Shown in pieces: positions 29,009-41,653 of a stretch of DNA of 64,000 bases (the stretch's first letter is position 1; every line of letters begins with the position of its first letter). The position numbers and the translations under genes are program-made. The stretch is from an archaeon (GTDB taxonomy: Archaea > Nanobdellota > Nanobdellia > Pacearchaeales > GW2011-AR1). The notes under the pieces are model-generated. The model made no database searches and was not told the origin of the DNA. It saw only the letters and a program-made list of their open reading frames with translations. The stretch lies in contig DAHWKL010000001.1 in the NCBI GenBank assembly GCA_027343665.1, positions 313,294-377,293 of the forward strand, read 5' to 3'.

Positions 29009-30139
29009 TTAAAGAAAATTTAGCAAACTTTGCATTGGAAAAATATTTTTTGATGGTTTTTCTTCTTGAATCACATCACCAAAAGTAACTCTCATCTTTT
29101 CTGAATTATTCAGGATGCGTAAAAACAATTTATTCCCATATCTAGACCTGACAAGATTTGCGATTTGGGAATACCCTTTATAAAATTCTTCCCTTTTGCG
29201 CACGAGTTTCTCTTGATAATCTTTAAGTGAATCTCCGCCTTCCTTAAAGCCCAATAAAGCTTTTCCAGCAAGATACCCTGATTCAAGAGCAGGCCCGATT
29301 CCTTCTGCAGTCAGGTCATATGCGCAGTTTATATTCTCACCAACCAAGATGACTCTGCTCCCGTAATTAAGAGCATTCCTCATTCCAATTCTTATAGGGG
29401 CACCTTTAGGTTCTGTAAGATTTCCGGAATTTCCAATAATCATTTTTTTGTCTTGTAAAAAATTCTCCAATTTGGACTTCAATTTTGCGTCCTTTCCTCT
29501 TGTACCGACACCCACATTCAAAATGTTTCCGGGGGATGGGAATGCCCAAGCATAACCAAGAAGATTTGTTTCTGATCTAAAAAGCCAAAAATAATTTGAA
29601 TTGAGTTTATTCACATTTTCTATATAAGTTCTCAGGGCAAATACAGGATTGTCTGAATATTCAAAACCCAAAGAACGTGCTAAAGAAACATTGGCTCCTG
29701 TGGCTAAAACAACAAAGTCCCCTTCATAGTTCAAACCTGATGAATCTGTAATTTCAACACCTTCATCGGAGATTTTTATCCCTTTTATATTAACACCATA
29801 ATCAACCTTTCCGCCTCGAGATTCTAATTCATCTCTCAAAAATTGATCAAAAACCGATCTTTGCAAGGTCATCATAGGAGTTCTTATCTCAACCCTTTCT
29901 CCAGAGAATCCATGTATCAATGCTGAATCAACTAAAAACGATCTTTTCTTGACACCTTCGATCAAACCAAGATTTGCCAAAGTCTTTTGGTTTGCAGGAA
30001 TCGTATCTCCGCATGTTTTATCTCGGTAAGGGTTTCCTTTTTCGAAAACTATCGTTTCAAGACCTCCTCTTGCACAAGTAATGCCACAAGAAGAACCGGA
30101 AGGTCCACCTCCCACAATAAGAACGCGCTTCAGTTTCAT
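29009..30139 (-). CDS. Geranylgeranyl reductase family FAD-dependent oxidoreductase
   Basis: IVGGGPSG, RDKTCGD, GYAWAFP, LTAEGIGPALESG. Confidence 0.85.
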   Translation of the reverse strand: MKLKRVLIVGGGPSGSSCGITCARGGLETIVFEKGNPYRDKTCGDTIPANQKTLANLGLIEGVKKRSFLVDSALIHGFSGERVEIRTPMMTLQRSVFDQFLRDELESRGGKVDYGVNIKGIKISDEGVEITDSSGLNYEGDFVVLATGANVSLARSLGFEYSDNPVFALRTYIENVNKLNSNYFWLFRSETNLLGYAWAFPSPGNILNVGVGTRGKDAKLKSKLENFLQDKKMIIGNSGNLTEPKGAPIRIGMRNALNYGSRVILVGENINCAYDLTAEGIGPALESGYLAGKALLGFKEGGDSLKDYQEKLVRKREEFYKGYSQIANLVRSRYGNKLFLRILNNSEKMRVTFGDVIQEEKPSKNIFPMQSLLNFL

Positions 30140-30140
30140 C

Positions 30141-30491
30141 TTACAAATAAACAATCCCTTCTTTTGTCAGGGCACAGAATCTTATACCTACAGGCACATT
30201 TATTAGGGCAGAAACAAGTGCCATATGCTCCTTGCCGTCTCCGGATGCGATGGAACATGCAACTTCCATCCCTTCAAATTTATCCTTAAGTTTCTTTGAA
30301 AGCTCATCCTTAAGTTCAACCAATTTTTTATCCAAATCGACTTTCACAAATTCAAACTTTTTCTCGTGCTTGAAATCTTTTGCAAAATCCCCACCGATCA
30401 GAACTATTTTATCCCACTCTCCGTATTTCATAAGACCAGAAACCTGGGCCCATGTCCCTTCACCTTTAGATAATAATGCGACTAATTCCAT
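30141..30491 (-). CDS. Hypothetical protein (alpha/beta)
   Basis: MELVALLSKGEGTW...SGDGKEHMAL; 1-nt spacing to the next gene. Confidence 0.75.
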   Translation of the reverse strand: MELVALLSKGEGTWAQVSGLMKYGEWDKIVLIGGDFAKDFKHEKKFEFVKVDLDKKLVELKDELSKKLKDKFEGMEVACSIASGDGKEHMALVSALINVPVGIRFCALTKEGIVYL

Positions 30492-30493
30492 TT

Positions 30494-30763
30494 TCAATTA
30501 CTGCCTGTCCAAGCATATTGAAGGTTCCAATTTTTTTCTCCTTCTCTTTGCTTTTCTGCATCCGATTCGGTTATTTCACGGAACGAATAATTTTCACTGA
30601 CAGAGTCAATCCATCTCCCAGAAGGATTAATTGATATTCCAAAAACGGAGATATCAGACTTGCCGGTTATGGATTCTAATTTTCCCCGTTTCAATTCTAC
30701 GACGGAACCATGACTATCCGGCAAAGTCACTTCTTTGATATTATAATACCTTCCTTCAGACAT
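30494..30763 (-). CDS. Hypothetical protein
   Basis: 89-aa ORF with upstream TATA-like box. Confidence 0.55.
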   Translation of the reverse strand: MSEGRYYNIKEVTLPDSHGSVVELKRGKLESITGKSDISVFGISINPSGRWIDSVSENYSFREITESDAEKQREGEKNWNLQYAWTGSN

Positions 30764-30828
30764 GCCAGAAAAAATAAGTCTCAGTTTTTAAGGATTATTG
30801 CTATGGAAAAATATTTTTGAAAAAAGAT

Positions 30829-31137
30829 TCAGAGGTTTATTCTCTCTCCGGGTTTTGGATGTATAACCTCAATATCCTTATCAGGTTTATCTATTCCTAA
30901 CTTTCTTAACAGGCTTTTCGGGATTTTCTCAAAACAGTCAGAAAGAGCTTTTTCGATTTCACTTCTTTTCATAAGAAACACATCAGACACTTGGTCTTCA
31001 GATTCATGACCATACAACTTCAGCAGATCAATGCCATATTTCACAAGTTCTACAGATTTCATCTCTTTTACATACCGATCATATGCTTCAAACATTTCTT
31101 TTATTTCATCAATTGAATAAGATTTTTTTTCTTCCAT
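30829..31137 (-). CDS. Hypothetical protein
   Basis: 102-aa ORF just downstream of 23S. Confidence 0.6.
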   Translation of the reverse strand: MEEKKSYSIDEIKEMFEAYDRYVKEMKSVELVKYGIDLLKLYGHESEDQVSDVFLMKRSEIEKALSDCFEKIPKSLLRKLGIDKPDKDIEVIHPKPGERINL

Positions 31138-31186
31138 GTATCAGAGTGTAGGAAAGAATAAATAAAGGTTTCGGAAGGAATCAACC

Positions 31187-31203
31187 GATAAGTAGTGGAA
31201 CAC
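31187..31203 (-). other. 3' arm of the 23S processing stem (pairs with 34050-34066)
   Basis: GATAAGTAGTGGAACAC is the exact reverse complement of GTGTTCCACTACTTATC. Confidence 0.85.
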
Positions 31204-31221
31204 GACATAAGAAAAAAATAA

Positions 31222-34030
<2,809 letters not shown>

Positions 34031-34174
34031 TAATTTTCTTATGCCTAATGTGTTCCACTACTTATCTCATTGAACATAATTGCGAACAATTGCGTTCTCA
34101 ATCTGATCCCGAAAATTTTTCGGAACCATTCCGGTTTCCCGGTTTTTCACGTGATGTGAATATGATTTGTGATC

Positions 34175-34411
34175 TTAGTTTAGGTATTTTATATTATTTG
34201 AAACCCTTATCTTTTCTCCTTCTCGTGGGTTCTTGAACTTTTCTTCAGATTCCACAGTCCTACCTTTGTAATCTATTCTTATATTACGAAAATATTCTTC
34301 AGGGGTCCTTAACTGCTCAAGTGCCAGCATATCCATTATGGTCTCGCCTTCCCTGACTTGTTTGTATCTAACTAAGTCATTGACAGTTACTTTTGCTTTT
34401 TCTTCTAACAT
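34175..34411 (-). CDS. Small protein in the rRNA internal spacer, possible beta-grasp (ThiS/ubiquitin-like) fold
   Basis: 78-aa ORF with AGGAG about 8 nt upstream of the ATG; co-oriented with the rRNA genes. Confidence 0.6.
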   Translation of the reverse strand: MLEEKAKVTVNDLVRYKQVREGETIMDMLALEQLRTPEEYFRNIRIDYKGRTVESEEKFKNPREGEKIRVSNNIKYLN

Positions 34412-34457
34412 TTTCTTTTCTCCTGAATTTATTAACGATCATCCGCTTAAGCACAAA

Positions 34458-34528
34458 TGGACCTGCCGTGAATTGAACACGGATCTCATGCGTGCAAGGC
34501 AAGTATTCTACCGTTGGACTACAGGCCC
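34458..34528 (-). tRNA. tRNA-Ala(TGC)
   Basis: GGGCCTG/CAGGTCC acceptor stem with G3-U70; loop CT-TGC-AC; in the 16S-23S spacer. Confidence 0.95.
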
Positions 34529-34595
34529 ACAAAACGGATGAGTGTATGTAAAAGCTGTCCGTGATTATAAGTAAACTTTTTCTTTTGAAAAATTA

Positions 34596-36044
34596 AGGAG
34601 GTGATCCATCTGCAGGTTCCCCTACAGATACCTTGTGACGACTTAACCTACCTTGTCATATTAAGGTTCTCCCCCGAAGGGTTTCACCCTAACATAACTC
34701 GGTTGATTTGACGGGCAGTGTGTGCAAGAGACCGTGACATATTCACCGGACATTGATAATATCCGATTACTACGAATTCCAGCGTCATGAGGCTGAGTTG
34801 CAAACCTCAATCTGAACTAAGGTAAATTTTAAGGGATTAGCTTCTCCTTTCGGAGTTGCATCCAATTGTATTCACCATTGACGCGCGCGTGTCGCCCAGG
34901 GGATTTGAGCTGTGCTACCTAACGTAGCCCGCACTTTCATCCATGTTTCCACGGCAATCTCTTTATTGTACACTTGGTAAATAAAGATGCGGGTCTTGCC
35001 TGTTACCTGATTTAACAGGTCACCTCACGGCACAGGCTGACGTCGGCTATGTAACCTCTCTCAGCGTGTCAGGTAAGCCCTTCAGACTGACCTTCATTCT
35101 GCTGTCGCTCCTGGTGAGGTTCACGGTGTAGAATCTAATTGAACCGCACGCGTCACTCGTTGTAGTGTCTCCCCGCCAATTCCTTTAAGTTTCGGCCTTG
35201 CGACTATACTTCCCAGGTAGTACACTCTTCGCCTTCGCTTCAGCACCAATACCTCTCGAGGAGGTACTAATGTTTAGTGTACAGTGTTTACTGCCAGGAC
35301 TACACGGGTATCTAATCCGTTTTGCGCCCCTGGCCTTCATCCCTTACTGTCAGAACTGTCCTCGTGAGATGCCTTCGCTGTTGTGAGTCCGTTCGAGATT
35401 AACGCATTTAACCGCTACTTCGAACGTACTTCTCACGTCTTCCAGTCTCTAGCTTAATAGTATTCCCTGCGCGCCCTATATTTAAGATATAGGATTTCAC
35501 AAGGAACTTAGAAAGCAAGCTACGGATGTTTTAGACCCAATAAAAATGGCTGCGACTTGGACCGCGGGTATTACCGCGGCGGCTGGCACCCGTCTTACCC
35601 AGTCCTTATTCGCCGAACTTTTTGAATTCGGCAAAAGCATTCCAAATTGGAACGCACTCTGACTCAAACTATCACGCTTGCGCGCATTGTAGATGATTCC
35701 TAACTGCTGCACCCCGTAGGGCTGGGAATAGTGTCTCAGATTCCCTCTCAGGGCCTCTCCGCTAAGAGCCCTTACGGATCACAGGCTTGGTGGGCATTTA
35801 CCCCGCCAACAACCTAATCCGCCGCAGCCCCTTCCTTAGGCTCTAGTTTCTGGGATAAATCTTTCCAGGGTATATCCCATATTAAGTGTTAACCTCAGTT
35901 TCCCGAGGGTATCCTTAACCTAAGGGTAGGTTAGCTACGTGTTACTGAGCAGTTTGCCTTTCAATTTCTGTGAAGAAACAAAAAAGACTTGCATGTCTAA
36001 GTGCAAGTCAGAGAGCCGCAGCCGCCAGCAGGATCAACTGGAAT
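34596..36044 (-). rRNA. rrs: 16S rRNA
   Basis: 5' ATTCCAGTTGATCCTGC, GTGCCAGCCGCCGCGGTAA, 3' GGATCACCTCCT. Confidence 0.98.
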
Positions 36045-36222
36045 TAACAACTTGATATTTTACCGACGACGATAAAACAAAATTGCGCAATTTCTTTGTA
36101 AGAAAAGAAATCACTTCACACATACTCCTACTATTGGCTTAAAGATCACAAACATTGTGACAACATATTATAATTTCACTTTAAGAAGATAAAACTTATT
36201 AATCGATTATAAAATGAGCACT

Positions 36223-36235
36223 GCTTTTACATACA
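36223..36235 (-). other. 5' arm of the 16S processing stem (pairs with 34543-34555)
   Basis: GCTTTTACATACA is the reverse complement of TGTATGTAAAAGC. Confidence 0.8.
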
Positions 36236-36393
36236 TCATACCTTATGTGTTAAACATTTTACTAAGGCACTCATCATCGTTAATGAAGTTTGGAGAAAAA
36301 ATGTGTTTATAAATCTTTCGAGAATGCTTCCAAAAAAATCAATGGAAAATTATTTTTATTAAAATTTAAAAGCAGAAGTAATTTCAATTAGCG

Positions 36394-36627
36394 ATGGACG
36401 AAAGTGATGCGAACAATATTCAGATGAGAATGCAGGAGATACAGTCAAATGAATCATTCTCCGACGCTCTCGGAAAAATACTTTCAGGTAGGAAAGGCTA
36501 CAAACCGGTGATTGAGAAAAGGAAGGAGGTCTTGATATGCAAAAAATGCATGACCCCCTATCTGATCCAAAAGCAGAAATTCTGCCATGAGTGTGGGACA
36601 AAAAATGAAGATGCTGCCAAGAACTGA
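36394..36627 (+). CDS. Small zinc-ribbon protein
   Basis: CKKC...FCHECG. Confidence 0.75.
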   Translation: MDESDANNIQMRMQEIQSNESFSDALGKILSGRKGYKPVIEKRKEVLICKKCMTPYLIQKQKFCHECGTKNEDAAKN

Positions 36628-36703
36628 GAAGAATTCAGATTTTGTTCCGCAAAATTTATAAGAATTCTTTCCAATTTATGAAAATAGATATGAAAAATTT
36701 TTC

Positions 36704-37639
36704 ATGAAAACTTTAAGAATAAAACTCGGGAATAATTCCGATTTGAGATTGCCAGCGAGTATCCTGAGAAAAGGCGGTCTCGTCGCGTTCCCGACTGAGA
36801 CTGTTTATGGGCTTGGGGCAAATGCACTCGATGAAAACGCAGTCAAAAAAATTTTTGAAGCAAAGGGAAGACCGAGTGACAATCCACTTATTGTTCATGT
36901 CTCGGATAAAGAAGAACTTTTTGCGTTGGTAAGCAAAGTTCCTGAAAAAGCCCAGAAGCTTATGGATAAGTTCTGGCCTGGACCATTAACATTAGTCTTA
37001 AACAAAAGCAAGTCTGTTCCAAGGGCAGTCACCGCAGGACAGGAAACAGTCGCGATAAGAATGCCAAATAATAAAATTGCCCTTGAGTTGATAAAACAAT
37101 CCGGAATTCCTGTTGCTGCTCCTTCTGCAAATGTTTCAACACGTCCAAGTCCGACTGAAGCAAAGCACGTTCTTGAAGATCTCGATGGAAAAATCGATGC
37201 AATTATCGATGGTGGAAGAACAGATATCGGCTTAGAATCGACAGTAATTGATCTGACCTCAGAAACTCCTACAATACTTAGACCCGGGAAGATAACAAAA
37301 GAAGAATTGGAAAAAGTTATAGGAAAAATAGAGACAAAAGCAAAAGCAGGAAAAGTTGCAAAAGCTCCAGGAATGAAATATAAACATTACTCTCCTAAAG
37401 CAAAAGTTATCCTCGTTACAAAAAAAGAAATCCCCTCATTAAAAAGAAAACTTGGTACAAAAAAGATAGGGATAATCTTGAAAGAAGGCACCTTTGAAGA
37501 ATTTGCAAAAAGTCTTTTCTCGAAATTCAGGGAGATGGACAAAAAAGGTATTGAGGTGATCCTTGTAGAGAAAATAAAAGAGAAAGGACTTGGCGTTGCG
37601 ATAATGAACAGGCTGAAAAAAGCTGCAGGTGAAATATGA
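36704..37639 (+). CDS. sua5: Threonylcarbamoyl-AMP synthase Sua5
   Basis: PTETVYGLGA, KGRPSDNPLIVH, APSAN, PGMKYKHYSP. Confidence 0.97.
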   Translation: MKTLRIKLGNNSDLRLPASILRKGGLVAFPTETVYGLGANALDENAVKKIFEAKGRPSDNPLIVHVSDKEELFALVSKVPEKAQKLMDKFWPGPLTLVLNKSKSVPRAVTAGQETVAIRMPNNKIALELIKQSGIPVAAPSANVSTRPSPTEAKHVLEDLDGKIDAIIDGGRTDIGLESTVIDLTSETPTILRPGKITKEELEKVIGKIETKAKAGKVAKAPGMKYKHYSPKAKVILVTKKEIPSLKRKLGTKKIGIILKEGTFEEFAKSLFSKFREMDKKGIEVILVEKIKEKGLGVAIMNRLKKAAGEI

Positions 37640-37672
37640 AAAATATTTAACCATACGGGAATTATATAATTT

Positions 37673-38050
37673 ATGTCTTCAGAAAAAATTTATGTAATCC
37701 ATGAACATCATGCATCTCATCTGCATTGGGATCTGCGTCTTGAATTTGACGGCGTTCTGAAATCTTGGGCAATTCCAAAAGAACCCCCCATATCAAAAGG
37801 AATCAAACGTCTTGCAGTCCAAGTTCCGGATCATGAGAAAAGTTATGCAAAATTCGAGGGGGAAATTCCTGAAGGTCAATATGGTGCAGGCAAAGTCAAA
37901 ATATGGGATAAAGGAACCTACGAACTTGTCGAAAAAGACGAAAAGAAAATCATCATCAACATTGATGGTAAAAAACTGAAAGGAAGATATGTATTGCTTA
38001 ACTCAAAACTTGGCGGAAAAAAAGAAAATTGGCTTTTTTTCAAAGAATAA
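37673..38050 (+). CDS. Stand-alone LigD 3'-phosphoesterase domain protein
   Basis: IHEHHASHLHWDLRLE, KSWAIPK, RLAVQVPDH, YGAG...WDKG. Confidence 0.92.
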   Translation: MSSEKIYVIHEHHASHLHWDLRLEFDGVLKSWAIPKEPPISKGIKRLAVQVPDHEKSYAKFEGEIPEGQYGAGKVKIWDKGTYELVEKDEKKIIINIDGKKLKGRYVLLNSKLGGKKENWLFFKE

Positions 38051-38051
38051 A

Positions 38052-41000
38052 TTAATTTTTGTAAATAATAATCTTATTACCTACTTTTTCCTCAAGACTT
38101 TTCACCCTTTTGTTAGATTTTTCAACTAAGAAGTTCAGCTTCCTTGCTTCTCTTACTATTGAATCATCATAAGCAGATTCTTCAATCAAAGATCTTGCTT
38201 TCGATAGGACCCCTGCTTTGTAATCCCATCCCGAAAGCTCATCAATTACAGGGTTGAGGAAATATCTTGATGCCAGAATCGGTTCATTATTTTTTCCATA
38301 TCCTCCAACGATAGTTCCATTGACTGAAGCAGACTTTCCTATCATCTTTGCATAAGGTATCGTAAGCTGTTTCCCTGCATCAAGTACTCCCATCTTTCCA
38401 CCCTGAGCCATTGCACCGGGATGATGCCTGTCACCCACCCAATAATATTTCGCCGAACTCCTTGTCCTTATCGCCTGAATCGGCATCATATCAATTTCAG
38501 TCTGACCATGCCACATTTTGTGAGCAAAAACTGAATCTATCCCTTTTCCGTCGACACTTGGCAATTTTATATAATCATAATTGAAACTCTGACCGGAAAC
38601 ACTTTGACCAGTCATCAAAACCCTTTGATCCTGGTATTTTCTGTCGAACTGACCCGCTATAACACTGCCCTCTGATTGGCTCTCTTTCTTACCCATCCAG
38701 TGATTGCCCGTACCAACAAAGAAAGGAACACCATTTTCCATAAGTTCTGTATTTATTGGGACTAGAAGTTCATTAAAAGCATTGAGCTGATCTTCAGGTT
38801 TGAATGCAGGAATTCCATCTAAAAATTCCTGAGTGTAAAAATTGACTGCTTCAACTACATCTTTATCGCTTGCATTGTCTTTCCTCATTCTGGCTTCAAG
38901 AATTTTTAATCGGCTCATAAAAGTCACAGGATCTGTGGAATGTGTCAGGTCATCATTTGTAGCAGCTTCTCTCTTTGAGTCGTAACTTCTGAAACCAAGT
39001 TCACCATGAAGACCCTCACTCATAAGGTTTATATCAAATCCCCTGACTCCATAAGCTTGTACTGCCGCGAGTTGTGACGAAGTTATGGTATCCGGATTTG
39101 ACGGCCTTCCGGGAGTTGAATATGATCCGACGTGAAGGTCATTCTGAAGGAAAACTCTTCCGATAATAGGTCTTGCTTTGTCCAACAAATCAGATCTTTC
39201 TTTTTCCAGTTCAATCTTCTCGGATTTATCTTTTGACTCAGCAAGTTTCTTCTCAAGTTCATTGTATCTTTCTCCCAAAGTTGTGGGATTCCCATTATTG
39301 TCTTTAATCGGCATATTAGCAACTCTCTTGAAATACCTGTCATCAAAAAAGATCTCTTCAGGGGATCTGTCAGGATGCTCTATATAAAGAACACTTCCCG
39401 ATATGGTTCCTCCTTTTGCAAGCCTCTTTCCAGCCCAAGTTCCTTTGTTCCCTTTAATCAAAAGTGCACCAAGCTTGGAAAGGTCATGCCTTGTCGGAAC
39501 TTTAATATAAGCAGTTATATGTGCGTCCTTTGCGTATTCCCCCTGAACTGTCGTCGGATCAACAGTGAACTTCCTTTGGGATAAATAACCGTCAGCCCCC
39601 CAGCTCGATAAATAAGCATCAGTATGAGCAAAATCTCTTTTGTCAAATTCTCCCAAAATTTTAGGTCTCTCCCTTCCAGAAAGAACCGCATTTGATATTT
39701 CACCTTCATGAAAAGACTGAACTTTTGCAAAGCTGTTTACTAAAGGTTCATTAGACCATTGTGCATTTGTCCTTGGATGTGAAGTGAAGATTGTTCCGAC
39801 AGGTCTGCTCTTTAAATCCTTCTTTCCTTCAATAGAATGCTGAGGGTCAGGAACTTCGACACTGATTATATCATCCGTATGAAGGAAGACTTTCAGATCT
39901 TCCCTTCCAGAATATTTCTTTATTGCCGGGATGAGGACATCTTCGTAAATCCCTTTGTAAATCTCTTTCTTTATAGTCTCAAGACCTTTTGCCTCTGTAG
40001 GCGTAATTGCAATCTTCTTCGTGAACCAAGCATGGCCTTCCATTTCCTCTACAAGATGACTGCTCGCAAAAGACTCTGCTTCTTTGAGATCATTCTGAGT
40101 CCTCTTCAAATTCTGTTCTGTTTTGTCAAAAGTCCTGTTAACACTTTCTCGATAAGCACTCACTTGCTTCATGCTAGTATTGATATTGTAAAACCTGTTC
40201 CACTCATCTTCAAAAAGAGAATCAAAAGTTTCAAAGTCTCTTCCCAACCTTCCCCTAGCTTTTGCCTTAAGATTTTCTCTTAAAGTTTTATCGAGAGCAT
40301 GTTTTCTTTTTCCATCTTTAGTCTCAAAGAACTCTTTTGTATAAGATTTGAACTCTTTACCATTTTCCGCGAAATCTTTCCCGTTAGCATGCGCCCTCTT
40401 ATCCATAAGAAAATCATAATACTTGTTGACAAGAGCGGATTTTATCTCAGATTTTACAATTAACTCTTTCTGGTCTTCAAGCATTCCTTTGAGCTCAGGG
40501 ATACTCTCTTCCGCATCTTTCATCTTTTGATGAATTTCTCTTAATATAGCAATATTCTTGTCTTCAATTTCACTCTGATTATACTCGTCATTATAACTCC
40601 AGTAAAGATGAAGCTCTCCAAATTGTGGAAGGTTCTTAACCTGGTCAGAAAGCTCAAAGCCCACACTTTCAGCAGCCTCTTCCATAGAATCAATTGTGTT
40701 GACGACGTATTTTTCAAGATTTTTTATCGCTTTTTTGGACAAGTGGGGTCTTCCCAATTCATCATTAAGAAGATTCAACTTTTGTTTTATCATCTCAAAT
40801 TCAACATCATCAATATCAGGATCGGCTTTATTAAGCCCGGTCATTATCGCTCTTTTGTTCTTATTCTTTCCAAAAAGTGTCACTATATCAGGCATTATTC
40901 CACCCTGCATGTGGTAGCTCACAAGATAATCATCAACACCCATTGCCTGCCTTACAATTTTCTCCCCTAAGAAAGCATCATTGTTTGTAAAAAGAGTTCC

Positions 41001-41399
41001 AGTTCCCATCTCACCGCTGAGCCAGTGCATCTTAGTCACCCTATAATCTCCAAAGTTTTTATCCCATCTCAGTTTATTCTGGTTCACCAATGCATTCACA
41101 AGAGATTCATCTTTGGAATAATAACCATTGTTCGTTGGAAGAGAATCTGTTGGAACACCCCATATTCGGGCCACTTTCTCGAAACTTTTTTTCACTTCAT
41201 TGGAAGTTTTTCCTGTTTTCTGTGCAATTGCCTCAAAGCTCGGGACAAAATTATCAAAGATGGAGGAGGTTACAAGAAATCTTCCGACATTGTGAGGTGA
41301 AAGTTCGGCAGCAGCCTTAAGAAAAGCCCTGTCGTCGGAGTTTACAAGAAGGCGTTCCTCAAGAATTTTTGGAACTTTACTGCCCCTTTTTACTTCCAT
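38052..41399 (-). CDS. 1115-aa protein with coiled coils and a C-terminal calcineurin-like metallophosphoesterase domain
   Basis: NDLHVG, GTGNHW, AHKMWHG, GDRHH motifs. Confidence 0.7.
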   Translation of the reverse strand: MEVKRGSKVPKILEERLLVNSDDRAFLKAAAELSPHNVGRFLVTSSIFDNFVPSFEAIAQKTGKTSNEVKKSFEKVARIWGVPTDSLPTNNGYYSKDESLVNALVNQNKLRWDKNFGDYRVTKMHWLSGEMGTGTLFTNNDAFLGEKIVRQAMGVDDYLVSYHMQGGIMPDIVTLFGKNKNKRAIMTGLNKADPDIDDVEFEMIKQKLNLLNDELGRPHLSKKAIKNLEKYVVNTIDSMEEAAESVGFELSDQVKNLPQFGELHLYWSYNDEYNQSEIEDKNIAILREIHQKMKDAEESIPELKGMLEDQKELIVKSEIKSALVNKYYDFLMDKRAHANGKDFAENGKEFKSYTKEFFETKDGKRKHALDKTLRENLKAKARGRLGRDFETFDSLFEDEWNRFYNINTSMKQVSAYRESVNRTFDKTEQNLKRTQNDLKEAESFASSHLVEEMEGHAWFTKKIAITPTEAKGLETIKKEIYKGIYEDVLIPAIKKYSGREDLKVFLHTDDIISVEVPDPQHSIEGKKDLKSRPVGTIFTSHPRTNAQWSNEPLVNSFAKVQSFHEGEISNAVLSGRERPKILGEFDKRDFAHTDAYLSSWGADGYLSQRKFTVDPTTVQGEYAKDAHITAYIKVPTRHDLSKLGALLIKGNKGTWAGKRLAKGGTISGSVLYIEHPDRSPEEIFFDDRYFKRVANMPIKDNNGNPTTLGERYNELEKKLAESKDKSEKIELEKERSDLLDKARPIIGRVFLQNDLHVGSYSTPGRPSNPDTITSSQLAAVQAYGVRGFDINLMSEGLHGELGFRSYDSKREAATNDDLTHSTDPVTFMSRLKILEARMRKDNASDKDVVEAVNFYTQEFLDGIPAFKPEDQLNAFNELLVPINTELMENGVPFFVGTGNHWMGKKESQSEGSVIAGQFDRKYQDQRVLMTGQSVSGQSFNYDYIKLPSVDGKGIDSVFAHKMWHGQTEIDMMPIQAIRTRSSAKYYWVGDRHHPGAMAQGGKMGVLDAGKQLTIPYAKMIGKSASVNGTIVGGYGKNNEPILASRYFLNPVIDELSGWDYKAGVLSKARSLIEESAYDDSIVREARKLNFLVEKSNKRVKSLEEKVGNKIIIYKN

Positions 41400-41653
41400 G
41401 AAAACTAAAAATGATTTTGGTTTTTAAATTAATCTGTAATTCAAAATATAATTCGAAAAATCTTTAACTCTTTTTGAATAAAAAGTAAGTTTTATAAAAT
41501 TGCAACTCCTATAAATTTAAACTCCCAAAAATTTCTTTAGCTTTTCCGACGGAAGAATCACCTTATGATTTGCAAAGAAAAATATTTATTATTTAATCGT
41601 CGAGATAAAGTAAAAACAATCTTTTAGAGAATAAATTAAATAGAATATAATGA

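Noticed and set aside
41400..41653. AT-rich spacer as replication origin
   Set aside because: Only one ORB-like dyad, no G-string and no adjacent cdc6/orc1; kept only as a motif finding
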